A DNA stretch of 64,000 nucleotides, from contig JAGGXD010000012.1 in assembly GCA_021163295.1 (NCBI GenBank), positions 65-64,064 on the forward strand. Reading direction: 5' to 3'. The notes beneath the pieces were generated by a model. It was not told the origin of the DNA. It ran no database searches and saw only the letters and a program-made list of their open reading frames with translations. This DNA comes from Bacteroidales bacterium (lineage in GTDB: Bacteria > Bacteroidota > Bacteroidia > Bacteroidales > VadinHA17). Of this stretch, positions 9,751 through 19,973 are shown one piece after another (position 1 is the first letter of the stretch; every line of letters starts with the position of its first letter). Position numbers and translations under genes: made by a program.

Positions 9751-10581
9751 ATGAAAAACATTCTTGTTCCGGTAGATTTTTCAAAAGGCTCAATGCATGC
9801 TTTGGAATACGCTATCAATACAGTTAATAAAATTGGTGGCGATTTGAGGATTCTACATGTTAGAAAGTCAAAAAGTTATGACCAGCCTTTTATTCTGAAA
9901 GGCTCAGAGAAAAGCTATTCAAAAACAGTCGATGATTTCTGTAATGAGATTCTGGGATATTACGGTGAGCGATATAAGGGGAAAGGCATCTTTGATTATG
10001 TTATTACATCCGGGAAAATATATAAGAATGTGATTGATGAAGCTGAGAAATTGGATGCCGGTTTGATAGTGATGGGAACTCATGGGGTTTCAGGATTTGA
10101 AGAATTGTGGGTAGGAAGTAACTCATATCGTGTTGTGTCAAAAGCTTATTGCCCTGTTTTAACCATTAGGCATGGTTTTAAGAAAAAGAATATCAAAAAG
10201 ATCATTCTACCTATCGATGTATATAAGAATACCAGACAAAAGGTGCCTGCTGTTGCTGAATTGGCCAAAAAGTTTAAAGCAGAAGTTCATGTACTGGATG
10301 TCAGGACTTCTGATAAAAAGGATATTATCTACAGGCTACAGAAATATGGCGATCAGGTAGTTGAATACATTGATAAACAAGGCATTAAAACAATAAGAAA
10401 AGCAAAGAAGGGTAGTAATATTGTAGATGCAATAATTGCTTATGGATTTCATATTAATGCCGATCTGATTGCAATCAGTAAGCTTGACAGGGGAACCCCG
10501 GGTAACCAGAGTATTAGCTCAGCTGCTCAGCAGATGGTTAATCATTCACCTATTCCGGTTTTGAGTATTAACCCATCTTGA
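9751..10581 (+). CDS. Universal stress protein with tandem Usp domains
   Basis: MKNILVPVDFS...LHV...GTHGVSGFEELWVGSNSYRVV, followed by a second Usp repeat. The start is trimmed from the track value of 9718. Confidence 0.85.
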   Translation: MKNILVPVDFSKGSMHALEYAINTVNKIGGDLRILHVRKSKSYDQPFILKGSEKSYSKTVDDFCNEILGYYGERYKGKGIFDYVITSGKIYKNVIDEAEKLDAGLIVMGTHGVSGFEELWVGSNSYRVVSKAYCPVLTIRHGFKKKNIKKIILPIDVYKNTRQKVPAVAELAKKFKAEVHVLDVRTSDKKDIIYRLQKYGDQVVEYIDKQGIKTIRKAKKGSNIVDAIIAYGFHINADLIAISKLDRGTPGNQSISSAAQQMVNHSPIPVLSINPS

Positions 10582-10594
10582 TTATTTTTATGGC

Positions 10595-11056
10595 ATGAAA
10601 AGAATCATGCTCCTCACAATTTTCTTTGCTTTTTTGGGTATAGTGACAGATGCCCAGGGTTTGAAAGAAAATAGAAATAACGGCAATATCGTAAAAGATT
10701 ATTTTTCCGGTCGGGATACAGGAGTTGTCACTATAATAAATGATCCCAGGCTGGACACTTTGATTAATAGGCATATACTATTCAGGGCAGAGATGCATGG
10801 TATCAGGGGATTCAGGATTCAGGTATATTTTGGATCAGGACAACAAGCAAGGAAAGAAGCAAATGAAGCAAAAGCAAATTGTATTTTATTATTCCCAACA
10901 CAAAAAGCACATATTTTATTCCAAACACCATTCTACAAGGTTAGGGTAGGAGATTTCAGAACAAGAAATGAAGCCTTTATCTGGCATAAGAAAATTGTAA
11001 GGGAATTTCCCAAAGCCTATATTGTGAATGACATTATTAACTTTCCGGAACTTTGA
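10595..11056 (+). CDS. SPOR-domain (peptidoglycan-binding) protein
   Basis: 153 aa with a signal peptide. The C-terminus GFRIQVYFG...FYKVRVGDFRTRNEA is typical of SPOR domains. Confidence 0.75.
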   Translation: MKRIMLLTIFFAFLGIVTDAQGLKENRNNGNIVKDYFSGRDTGVVTIINDPRLDTLINRHILFRAEMHGIRGFRIQVYFGSGQQARKEANEAKANCILLFPTQKAHILFQTPFYKVRVGDFRTRNEAFIWHKKIVREFPKAYIVNDIINFPEL

Positions 11057-11290
11057 CAATCAGGCCGCAGTCTTCAGGCCGCAGCAATAAAATATTTGCC
11101 CTATTGCTTTTTTACTAACTGCTTTGCCCTTCCGAAGCTCGTAACGAAGTGAAGAGCAAAGGAGGGCTGACTGCCAACTTAAATATTAGAAACTTGTTAA
11201 TAAATATCTTTTTGCAGATCTTAAAAATGCCATATAAATACTCTAACTTGGTGAAATTGTTTTTATCGTATTCAGAAAAAAAATGGTTAT

Positions 11291-12694
11291 ATGGGTGGTT
11301 TTTTTGGAACAATATCTAAGTCAGATTGTATAAAAGATCTTTTTTACGGAACCGATTATCATTCTCATTTGGGAACAAAGCGGGGTGGGATAGCTGTATT
11401 AAATGGAAAAGATTTTACGAGAAGGATACATAATATTGAAAATACATATTTCAGAACCAAGTTTGAACCCGATCTGCATGAATTTGAGGGGAATATAGGG
11501 ATTGGTGTTATAAGTGATACAGACTCCCAACCAATAATGATGCATTCCCATCTTGGGAAATTCGCATTAGTTACAGTTGGGAAAATAGCAAACCTTCATG
11601 AATTAAAAGAGGAGATACTAGCAAAAAACGGATACTTTGGTGATGTTGGTAATGAAGGGATGAATCCCACAGAGATGGCGGGCGTATTAATTAATGAAGG
11701 GAAAACATTTTTAGAAGGGATTAAAATTCTTCAGGAGAAGGTCAAAGGGTCAATGTCTGTATTAATACTGAAGGAAAATGAAATTATTGCAGCCCGTGAT
11801 AAACTTGGCAGAACACCTGTTGTCCTCGGGAGAAAAGAAGGAGCAACTGCTGTTGCTTTTGAAACATCCTGTTTTCCGAATCTGGGCTATGAGACCGATT
11901 ATTTTTTGGGACCCGGAGAAATTTTGAGTCTTAACCCTGACGGATATGAACAATTAGCAAAGCCAGGTGATAAAATGCAAATATGTTCATTCCTGTGGGT
12001 TTATTATGGCTATCCTTCCTCTTATTATGAAGGAATAAATGTAGAAAAATCAAGATACAGATGTGGTGCAGCTCTTGCTAAAAACGATAATGTAGATATT
12101 GATTATGCTTCAGGGATACCCGATTCCGGGATTGGTCATGCAATTGGATATGCAAATGAAAGACGGGTCCCCTATATGCGTCCGTATGTTAAATATACAC
12201 CAACATGGCCAAGAAGTTTTATGCCGGGAAACCAAAATGTCAGAGATATGGTTGCCAAAATGAAGCTTATTCCGAATCGTGACCTGATAGATGGTAAGAA
12301 AATAGTTTTTTGTGACGATTCTATTGTCAGGGGAACACAGATGCAGGATAATGTCAAGATTTTTTATAAATATGGGATAAAAGAATTTCATATGCGTGTG
12401 GCATGTCCGCCATTGTGTTATCCATGTAAGTTTATCAATTTTTCAGCCTCACGTTCACAACTTGAACTCGCATCCCGCAAAGCTATTCACCAATTAAACG
12501 GGGGAAATAGTGAAGATGTTTCGGAATATGCAAAAACGGGTTCAGGAAAAAATAAGGAAATGATAGAAAGTATTAGAAAGCGATTGAATCTAAGTACATT
12601 AAAGTATCAGCAACTGGATGACCTTGTGGATGCTATCGGGCTGCCAAAAGAAAAACTTTGCACACATTGTTTTGACGGTTCGGGTTACTTTTAA
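11291..12694 (+). CDS. Amidophosphoribosyltransferase-like paralogue lacking the N-terminal catalytic Cys
   Basis: 467 aa. The N-terminus is MGGFFG where PurF-type Ntn amidotransferases have MCG. The PRPP loop KKIVFCDDSIVRGTQ is retained, and C-terminal Cys clusters (CPPLCYPC, CTHC) are present. Confidence 0.75.
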   Translation: MGGFFGTISKSDCIKDLFYGTDYHSHLGTKRGGIAVLNGKDFTRRIHNIENTYFRTKFEPDLHEFEGNIGIGVISDTDSQPIMMHSHLGKFALVTVGKIANLHELKEEILAKNGYFGDVGNEGMNPTEMAGVLINEGKTFLEGIKILQEKVKGSMSVLILKENEIIAARDKLGRTPVVLGRKEGATAVAFETSCFPNLGYETDYFLGPGEILSLNPDGYEQLAKPGDKMQICSFLWVYYGYPSSYYEGINVEKSRYRCGAALAKNDNVDIDYASGIPDSGIGHAIGYANERRVPYMRPYVKYTPTWPRSFMPGNQNVRDMVAKMKLIPNRDLIDGKKIVFCDDSIVRGTQMQDNVKIFYKYGIKEFHMRVACPPLCYPCKFINFSASRSQLELASRKAIHQLNGGNSEDVSEYAKTGSGKNKEMIESIRKRLNLSTLKYQQLDDLVDAIGLPKEKLCTHCFDGSGYF

Positions 12695-12738
12695 TGATTA
12701 ATGTGTAATTTTACACCTCGTTCAGAAAACCATTATAA

Positions 12739-14640
12739 ATGAGTGATTCCATTAAGCACGAATGTGGTATTGCATTAATACGGCTCAGGAAACCACTGGA
12801 GTTTTATCAGATTAAGTATGGTGACTGGAGGTATGGTTTGGAGAAGCTATATCTCCTTATGGAAAAGCAGCATAACCGGGGTCAGGATGGTGCCGGAATG
12901 GCATGCATAAAGGTGGGTCTTGAGCCGGGTAAGAAGTATATTTTCAGGCATCGTTCAAATAATTCCAATCCTATACAGGATATTTTTGATAAAATTAACA
13001 ATGAGTTTAAAAAGGTGGAAGAGCAAAACCCTGAGAGACTGAATGATCCGGGTTGGGCGAAAAATAATCTTTCATTTGCAGGAGAATTGCTTTTAGGACA
13101 TCTACGGTATGGTACTTTCGGTAATTATAAAATTGATTATGTCCACCCGGTAAAGCGTGAAAACAATTGGAAATCAAGAAATCTTGTATTAGCAGGGAAT
13201 TTTAACCTGACCAATGTTGAAGAACTTTTTCAGGAACTTATAGATCTTGGACAGATACCAAAAGACTTTTCCGATACTGTAACCATTCTTGAAAATCTGG
13301 GACATTTTCTTGATCAGGAGAACCAGATATTATTTGAAAAATACAAGAAAGAGGGTTATTTGAATAAGGAAATATCTCCTTTGATCGAAAAGAATATCAG
13401 TGTTACTGAAATTCTAAGAAATGCAAGCAAGAGATGGGATGGAGGATATGCAATGGCAGGTTTATTAGGGCATGGTGATGCATTTGTTGCTCGTGATCCA
13501 TGGGGAATACGTCCTGCATATTACTATTATGATGATGAAGTAGTAGTAGTAGCTTCTGAAAGACCGGTAATTCAGACAGTTTTTAATGTACCCTATAATG
13601 AAGTTGAAGAGATTCCTCCCGGATATGCAGTGATCTCAAAAAATGGTGGAGAGGTTATGGTGGTAGAGATTAGAAAACCGGAGTTGAGAAAATCATGTTC
13701 TTTTGAAAGAATATATTTTTCAAGAGGAAGTGACCGTGATATTTATCAGGAAAGGTTGAAACTGGGCGAGTTTCTGACACCTCAAATATTGAAAGTAGTT
13801 GATTACGACCTGGAGAATACGGTATTTTCATTTATCCCAAATACTGCTGAAACAGCTTTCTATGGAATGATCAGGGGGGCTGAAAAATATTTGGGAAAGA
13901 TAAATAAAGAGAAAATACTTCAACTTAAGGGTAATCTTACTGCCGAAAATCTGGATGATATAATTGCAGTAAAACCAAGGGTTGAGAAAATTGCGGTCAA
14001 AGATGTGAAGCTCAGAACTTTTATTGCAGGAGATAGTGGCAGAGACGATCTTGTTGGGCATGTTTATGATATCACTTACGGAACTATCAGAGAGGGGAAA
14101 GACAAGCTGGTAATAATTGACGACTCAATTGTCCGGGGAACTACACTCAAGTATAGTATTATCCGGATTCTTGACAGACTGAGACCCTGGAAAATTGTTG
14201 TAGTATCATCATCACCACAGATACGTTATCCTGATTGCTATGGAATCGATATGGCAAAATTGAGCGATTTTATTGCTTTTAAAGCAGCTATTCAATTACT
14301 AAAAGATACCGGGAAGCAAAACGTTATAGACAGGGTGTATAATATGTGCAAAGAACAGGAAGATATACCTAAAGAAAAAGTGATTAACTATGTAAGGGAG
14401 ATATATGAACCTTTTACCCCGGAACAGATTTCAGGGCAAATTGCCAGAATGCTTAAGACAAATGAAATTCGGGCCGACCTGGAGATAGTATATCAAAGCA
14501 TTGAAAACTTGCATAAAGCTATACCTGAACATACCGGCGACTGGTATTTCACAGGAAACTATCCCACACCCGGAGGGAATAAAGTTGTAAATCAGTCTTT
14601 TATTAATTTTATTGAAGGCAAAAACAAACGGGCGTATTAA
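12739..14640 (+). CDS. purF: Amidophosphoribosyltransferase, long form with propeptide
   Basis: 633 aa. MSDSIKHE-CGIALIRL has the Cys after a short propeptide, as in B. subtilis PurF. The PRPP loop reads LVIIDDSIVRGTT. Confidence 0.85.
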   Translation: MSDSIKHECGIALIRLRKPLEFYQIKYGDWRYGLEKLYLLMEKQHNRGQDGAGMACIKVGLEPGKKYIFRHRSNNSNPIQDIFDKINNEFKKVEEQNPERLNDPGWAKNNLSFAGELLLGHLRYGTFGNYKIDYVHPVKRENNWKSRNLVLAGNFNLTNVEELFQELIDLGQIPKDFSDTVTILENLGHFLDQENQILFEKYKKEGYLNKEISPLIEKNISVTEILRNASKRWDGGYAMAGLLGHGDAFVARDPWGIRPAYYYYDDEVVVVASERPVIQTVFNVPYNEVEEIPPGYAVISKNGGEVMVVEIRKPELRKSCSFERIYFSRGSDRDIYQERLKLGEFLTPQILKVVDYDLENTVFSFIPNTAETAFYGMIRGAEKYLGKINKEKILQLKGNLTAENLDDIIAVKPRVEKIAVKDVKLRTFIAGDSGRDDLVGHVYDITYGTIREGKDKLVIIDDSIVRGTTLKYSIIRILDRLRPWKIVVVSSSPQIRYPDCYGIDMAKLSDFIAFKAAIQLLKDTGKQNVIDRVYNMCKEQEDIPKEKVINYVREIYEPFTPEQISGQIARMLKTNEIRADLEIVYQSIENLHKAIPEHTGDWYFTGNYPTPGGNKVVNQSFINFIEGKNKRAY

Positions 14641-14663
14641 AGTTTTTCGACCTAATTACTGTA

Positions 14664-15902
14664 TTAAAAACTATATTTTAATTTTACATACCCCATCGAA
14701 TTGTTTTTATACTGACCAAAGCGACCTTCATTATCACCTATAAAAATATTTGAACCAACTAATATGGAAAAACTATCGTCAAAATCATAAGTGATTTTAG
14801 GTCTGATCAGGGCATCTTCATTGGTTAATCCGATATATGAAAACAGCTCAAGGTGTAAGGTTTCTCGCAATAAATCATATCGTGCTAATAATGTCATGGT
14901 GGTTCCCATTTCTTCTTTTAATATATATTCATCATAAGCTGTGATCGCCTCCTGAATAAGTTGAGTGCTGAATTTTATATCCTTTATACTGAAATCCAGT
15001 CCAACAAGATAATGCAAATAATCTTTTTCCACCAGTGCATCTATTGCTAGCGGGTCTTCAGTTTGAAAATATTTACCTGTGTAATATGCAGCTTCACCAC
15101 GTAAAACTATTCCTTTAATTTCGGTGCTAAAAGACCCCCCGCCCAGGTATAACCGGTGGTGTTCGGGTGTAATATTTAAACCTGTCAAGACCGGACTGCC
15201 AGATGACATATCCACTTGTTTATAAATATGCATTGCAGGATAATCGTCCCATGTGTATCCACCCATCAGTTCGAAATCAATTTTTGAAGTCAGTGTCGAA
15301 TATTTTATAAACATTTCGCTGTTTTCGAGGCAGGGTTTTACTTCCGCTCTTGACCAGTCAAAAGTAGGAGTTATCAGAAATTCAGGCTGTATGTACCAAA
15401 TGGAACTTGCTCCGGGTTTTTCGGTTGGCGTAAAGTTTGGTAACCAAATTACCTCAAAAGTATTGTTTCCTAAATAATAGTCAAATTTTACTGCATTTAC
15501 TCCGGTTCTTATCTCATCAAAATCAGGTAAAAGAAATTCAGTGAGATTCAGCGGAGAAACCACATCGGTAATAAAAACCCCATCAGCTTTCCCCCATACA
15601 ACTTGTTGTTTCCCTATTCGTAAATCAAAATTTTTAAAATATAAATCAACATAAAGCTCCCTTAATCGCAAATCTAAACTATCTGCATTATAATGATACA
15701 GAATTGGATTTGCTTTTAAAGCAATTTTATCACCAGATTTGGTAAGATCCAGATTAAGAGTATTTTGGAGAATAGAAAAATCTCCGTTATCATATAAAGC
15801 ACCTGTATAGTTCCTGACAAATCCGGAAATGTCAGGATTCTGTGCCATTGAATACTGACCGGTAACTAAAAGCAATATCAGTATTAGTCTATTTATTTTC
15901 AT
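14664..15902 (-). CDS. Putative outer-membrane beta-barrel protein of the exporter module
   Basis: 412 aa with a signal peptide ending SMAQ, alternating amphipathic strands, and a C-terminal ...KLKYSF with a terminal Phe, which is an OMP signature. Confidence 0.6.
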   Translation of the reverse strand: MKINRLILILLLVTGQYSMAQNPDISGFVRNYTGALYDNGDFSILQNTLNLDLTKSGDKIALKANPILYHYNADSLDLRLRELYVDLYFKNFDLRIGKQQVVWGKADGVFITDVVSPLNLTEFLLPDFDEIRTGVNAVKFDYYLGNNTFEVIWLPNFTPTEKPGASSIWYIQPEFLITPTFDWSRAEVKPCLENSEMFIKYSTLTSKIDFELMGGYTWDDYPAMHIYKQVDMSSGSPVLTGLNITPEHHRLYLGGGSFSTEIKGIVLRGEAAYYTGKYFQTEDPLAIDALVEKDYLHYLVGLDFSIKDIKFSTQLIQEAITAYDEYILKEEMGTTMTLLARYDLLRETLHLELFSYIGLTNEDALIRPKITYDFDDSFSILVGSNIFIGDNEGRFGQYKNNSMGYVKLKYSF

Positions 15903-15928
15903 TTTATCTCTTATTAAATTACCAATCT

Positions 15929-16717
15929 CTACAATCCTCTCATCATTATTCTTTCGGTGAATTTTGAAGCAGAAATACCGGTGTTTATTTGTACATTGTT
16001 TAATACTATGGTTGTTTTATGATTTTTCTGAACATTTTTCATTTCCGAATTTGTGATAATCCAAAATCCTGATATTTCCTCATATTTTTTTATGGTTAAT
16101 ACTTTTAGAAGTTCTTCATCTTCATCGTAAAATTCTTTTTTATTCCCGATAAAATTGTCCTTTATAATCCATGTTATGGTTTTCGAATACATGTAATCTT
16201 TGTCTTTGGATACACTTTCAACAACATAGCATGCTTTGCCATCTATGGTCTCTTCGCGTAATAATTTATGAGTATCATCTTCGAGTTTACGATCACCAAG
16301 GTCATCGTAGGTGAAATCAGAACCCATAAAATAATCATTTTTACTGTCGCTTGAAATTCGTTTGATCTTTTTCAAGGCCGGCAGATAAATCCACTGGTCA
16401 TCGCTTTGATCTGAATCATACGACCAGCTCATGAACGAAGTATTTTTAACATCAGCCGGAGAAAGAAAAAACATAATGCTTTTTTCAACCTCTCCAAGAT
16501 CTTTCGTAAACTGTTTGATTTTTCTTACTCTTTGTGCTCCATTTTTGTTAATAAGCGTCATGGTTAAGTCAGAAGTCTGATCATCACCGGTAGAACGGTT
16601 ATATGCTTTTTCTACGATTTGTTTGCCTGTTAAACTCTGGCTAAAAACTTCAGAGCTGAACCCAATTGCAAAAACTATTGCAATTAAAACGGATTTGATT
16701 AGTAATGTTTTCATTTT
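15929..16717 (-). CDS. LolA-like outer-membrane lipoprotein-sorting family protein
   Basis: The start is taken at MKTLLIKSV... (signal peptide), although the track ORF extends to 16750. The pattern DLTMTLINKNG...YLPALKKIKRIS...FMGSDFTYDDL resembles LolA-like proteins found next to MMPL exporters. Confidence 0.65.
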   Translation of the reverse strand, partial: KMKTLLIKSVLIAIVFAIGFSSEVFSQSLTGKQIVEKAYNRSTGDDQTSDLTMTLINKNGAQRVRKIKQFTKDLGEVEKSIMFFLSPADVKNTSFMSWSYDSDQSDDQWIYLPALKKIKRISSDSKNDYFMGSDFTYDDLGDRKLEDDTHKLLREETIDGKACYVVESVSKDKDYMYSKTITWIIKDNFIGNKKEFYDEDEELLKVLTIKKYEEISGFWIITNSEMKNVQKNHKTTIVLNNVQINTGISASKFTERIMMRGL

Positions 16718-16733
16718 TCTTTTTCTATAATTG

Positions 16734-19049
16734 TTAATTATTACTTGCATTATTATTTTTCTTTTTAAAATACACGTTGCTATTATATGTAAGCACCAGC
16801 ATTATAGTCACTGTTCCAACAAAACTTGTAAACATATTAAGTGAAACTAATGCTCCCAGTTCCCTGTTTGGTGGAAATACTGAAAAAATCAGGACCATAA
16901 AGCCTGCAATTACTACAATCGCATTAAAACTGATTGCTCTACCTGAATGCGCCATGGTTTTTTGTGCAACAGATAACTTGTCATCTGATTTTGATGCATT
17001 AATACGGTATTGCTCAATAAAATGAACAGCATAATCAATTCCTATACCAATTGCAATGCTGGAAAGTAGTGCTGTTGTTGTATTTAACGGAATATTCAGG
17101 AACCCCATGATTCCAAAGCTTATTAGTGCTGTAATTGTAATAGGGACAGCTCCGATCAGGCCTAGTTTATAGTTTTTGAACATTAAAGACAGAAGGACAA
17201 TTACTATTATTAACGATAGTATTAAACTCATTATTTGTCCTTCTAAAATTAAGTCTGTAAATACCAATCCTTTATAGCCGCTTCCTGCAAAATTCAATGT
17301 AATTCCGTGTTTTTCGAAATCATCTTTGTAGGGATCAATTTTTGCAATTGCAGAATTTATTGCTTTAGAATTATCACTTTTTAGCTGGAAAGTAACATTC
17401 AGTTTAGCATAATCGTAATCGACAACTTTATTCAAATTTTCAGGATCGCCCGACATTTCGTAAAGCAACAAATACTGAGCTATCATATCCCGGCTATCAG
17501 GGATAGTGTTAAACTCTACTTTATCTGCATTCATTACCTTATTCATACGATTTACATAGTCAGTTAGAGTGAATGAATTCCCTACCACTTGTAAGTCATT
17601 TTCCACTTTGTTTTGCATCTTCTCAACCAATTTCAAAACATCGGGATTTTTGAAGATGTCTTTTTCGCCTTCAGAATCTAAAATCAGATTAAGTGTTGTT
17701 GTTCCGCCAAAATGATCATTAATAAACTTATCAGTTAGTGCAATTTCACTGTCTTTTTCAAATTTATCAAGGAAACTGGAGTTAATCCAAATTTTTTGCA
17801 TTCCAACAATTGACAGAATAATAATTGCAGTAGTAGCAAATATTGAAACGCTTTTTCGTTTTAGTACTTTTGCTGCAAAACCATAAGCAAGATTAGTTTC
17901 TTTGTTTGTTTCATTACTTTTTGATTTTTTAACTTTTGGTAATCCGAAAATCATTATACCGGCAGGAATTAAAACCAAAGAAAATATCATAGCCATTAAT
18001 ACACCAAAAGCAGTAAAAATTCCGAAGTACTTAATTGGATATACCTGAGATGTAAGCAAAGAAATAAATCCTACAGCAGTTGTAATAGATGTCATTACTA
18101 CAGGTTTCCACATGTGTTGCAGCATATCAAGTGTTGCTTCTTTTTTAGATGCATCCGGAGTTTTCCGCAGGAATAGTTGTAAATGACTGTATAAATGTAT
18201 CCCGTCTGCAACCCCGATTGCAATGAGCATTACAGGGATCATTGTAGAAACTGCATATATTGGAATATTTACGGTAGCCATAAGTCCAAATGTCCATACT
18301 ACACTAAAAAATACAACAGTCATTGTTAGTAATGTACTTTTTATACTTCGAAGCGTAATAAACAATACAAGGGTTATTACAAGTAACACAATTGGCACCA
18401 TTTTCTTCATATCGGCAGGGCCAAGGAGTGCCATTGTACCTTCAACGATCGGGCGGCCTGCAACATGAATTTTAATATCTTCTGTTTCGTAAGAAGCTGC
18501 CAGACTAAGTATTTCTTCATAAAATTCCTGGGTAAATACATCGTCCCTGATTTCGGCAATTATCACTGTTACTGTTTTATCTAATGAAACTAAACGGCCA
18601 AAAATCATTTCGTTATTTTCAACATTACGCTTCAGGTCATTTAGTTTTTCTACAGACTCAGGAACACGTTTATAAAAAGCTTTAACATCCATTCCGTCTT
18701 CAGTACCAATAATGTTATCGGCAGTATATAATGATGTTACATCGGTTTTTTCAATCTCGTCCATTTTCTGCAATCTCTTAGTAAGCTGTTTTAGAGTATC
18801 TAAAGTTGCACTGTTAAATATTCCTTTTTGATTTTCAATGGCAACGATTATTCCATCATTAATCCCAAACCATTCTTCAGCCTTATCGCTGTATACAAAG
18901 GCCGGATGGTCTTGTGGCATATACTTATCAAGATCGGTTTCCATTCTTGAATTTTGTTTCATTTGCATGAAAAACAGAGCACTGATTATTATAATTACCG
19001 CAACAATAACCCAGGGTGCGTTTAAAAGTTTCTTTAATAATTTTTCCAT
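16734..19049 (-). CDS. MMPL/RND-superfamily exporter (two 6-TM bundles, each following a large periplasmic loop; 12 TM in total)
   Basis: 771 aa with duplicated hydrophobic blocks and a GIGIDYAVHF-type motif typical of MMPL/SSD transporters. Confidence 0.85.
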   Translation of the reverse strand: MEKLLKKLLNAPWVIVAVIIIISALFFMQMKQNSRMETDLDKYMPQDHPAFVYSDKAEEWFGINDGIIVAIENQKGIFNSATLDTLKQLTKRLQKMDEIEKTDVTSLYTADNIIGTEDGMDVKAFYKRVPESVEKLNDLKRNVENNEMIFGRLVSLDKTVTVIIAEIRDDVFTQEFYEEILSLAASYETEDIKIHVAGRPIVEGTMALLGPADMKKMVPIVLLVITLVLFITLRSIKSTLLTMTVVFFSVVWTFGLMATVNIPIYAVSTMIPVMLIAIGVADGIHLYSHLQLFLRKTPDASKKEATLDMLQHMWKPVVMTSITTAVGFISLLTSQVYPIKYFGIFTAFGVLMAMIFSLVLIPAGIMIFGLPKVKKSKSNETNKETNLAYGFAAKVLKRKSVSIFATTAIIILSIVGMQKIWINSSFLDKFEKDSEIALTDKFINDHFGGTTTLNLILDSEGEKDIFKNPDVLKLVEKMQNKVENDLQVVGNSFTLTDYVNRMNKVMNADKVEFNTIPDSRDMIAQYLLLYEMSGDPENLNKVVDYDYAKLNVTFQLKSDNSKAINSAIAKIDPYKDDFEKHGITLNFAGSGYKGLVFTDLILEGQIMSLILSLIIVIVLLSLMFKNYKLGLIGAVPITITALISFGIMGFLNIPLNTTTALLSSIAIGIGIDYAVHFIEQYRINASKSDDKLSVAQKTMAHSGRAISFNAIVVIAGFMVLIFSVFPPNRELGALVSLNMFTSFVGTVTIMLVLTYNSNVYFKKKNNNASNN

Positions 19050-19057
19050 TTTTGTTT

Positions 19058-19081
19058 ATGTTAATTAATATTCACTAACTT
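19058..19081. promoter_or_regulatory. Operator-like 24-mer ATGTTAAT-TAATATTC-ACTAACTT, 9 nt upstream of the MMPL start
   Basis: Matches the 24-mer at 19974..19997 at 21 of 24 positions. Palindromic arms with an 8-bp spacer. Confidence 0.55.
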
Positions 19082-19090
19082 AGGTTTGTT

Positions 19091-19118
19091 AAAAAAAACT
19101 CACTTCATAAAAAGTGAG
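19091..19118 (-). terminator. Intrinsic terminator on the minus strand: CTCACT / AGTGAG stem followed by T8
   Basis: The plus strand reads A8-CTCACT-tcataaaa-AGTGAG. It sits between the tetR stop and the MMPL start. Confidence 0.6.
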
Positions 19119-19308
19119 TGCTTCGTTTTGAAGGCATGCTTGTTAAAGCAACTTTGTTTTTGTTGTCGGTTTCGGAGCTATTACCACAAGAACCCTTACC
19201 ACTTTATCAGAATTGTTTGAGATACAGTGTGGTATATCTTTCGGACTTTCAACAAGACAATCAGCTTCAACGGTTTGTTTCTTTTACTTTAGTTACTAAC
19301 ATGGCTAT

Positions 19309-19887
19309 TTATTTTATGATTAATAATTTTATTGATTCAATAAGTCTCTTTCCCTCTTTGGGTAGATTGTAAGAATATCCGGAAAACTGCCATTTCTTTA
19401 CAAAGAGCCGCAAGCTTCCCATAATAATTACAGAAAGGTGTTTTGCCTTTATATCTGTCCGTATCTCACCTTTTTTTTGTCCATTTGTTATAATTGTGGT
19501 CAGTATCTTATCATGTTTTTCGATAACCCTGGAAATTTTATCAATAAGTATTGGTTCGTTTCTGAATATTTCTTCAGAAAAAATTACCGATACCAGTGAT
19601 GGCGTTGCTGAAAAAGAAGCAAAATGCTTTGTGAACAAGTGTTCGATTTTGTCTATTGCATTGTTGTCATTGTTCAATTCATTATTAAATATCGGTTCTG
19701 TATTTTTACCAAAAAGCCCGAGTATGGCAATTAGAATATCTATTTTGCTATCGTAGTGCCTGTAAATGGCCGGTTCTGTGATACGAATTTTTTTTGCCAG
19801 GTTTTTTATAGTCAGTCCCTGTATCCCTTTTTTGCTAATTAGCTCCAGGGCAACTTCAATTATCTCCTTTTGTCTTTCTGTTTGCAT
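19309..19887 (-). CDS. TetR/AcrR-family transcriptional regulator
   Basis: 192 aa with the N-terminal HTH LTIKNLAKKIRITEPAIYRHYDSK. Confidence 0.9.
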   Translation of the reverse strand: MQTERQKEIIEVALELISKKGIQGLTIKNLAKKIRITEPAIYRHYDSKIDILIAILGLFGKNTEPIFNNELNNDNNAIDKIEHLFTKHFASFSATPSLVSVIFSEEIFRNEPILIDKISRVIEKHDKILTTIITNGQKKGEIRTDIKAKHLSVIIMGSLRLFVKKWQFSGYSYNLPKEGKRLIESIKLLIIK

Positions 19888-19973
19888 ATCTTTATAACAC
19901 TATTGTATTCTTATTCCTTAATTCTCATGTTTATTAATTTTATTAAAGTAATAATATGAATTAATCCGGAACA

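Noticed and set aside
11115-11312. 65-aa minus-strand ORF in the SPOR/purF-like intergenic region
   Set aside because: It has no motif, spans the GC-rich hairpin and the start of the purF-like gene, and is more likely non-coding.
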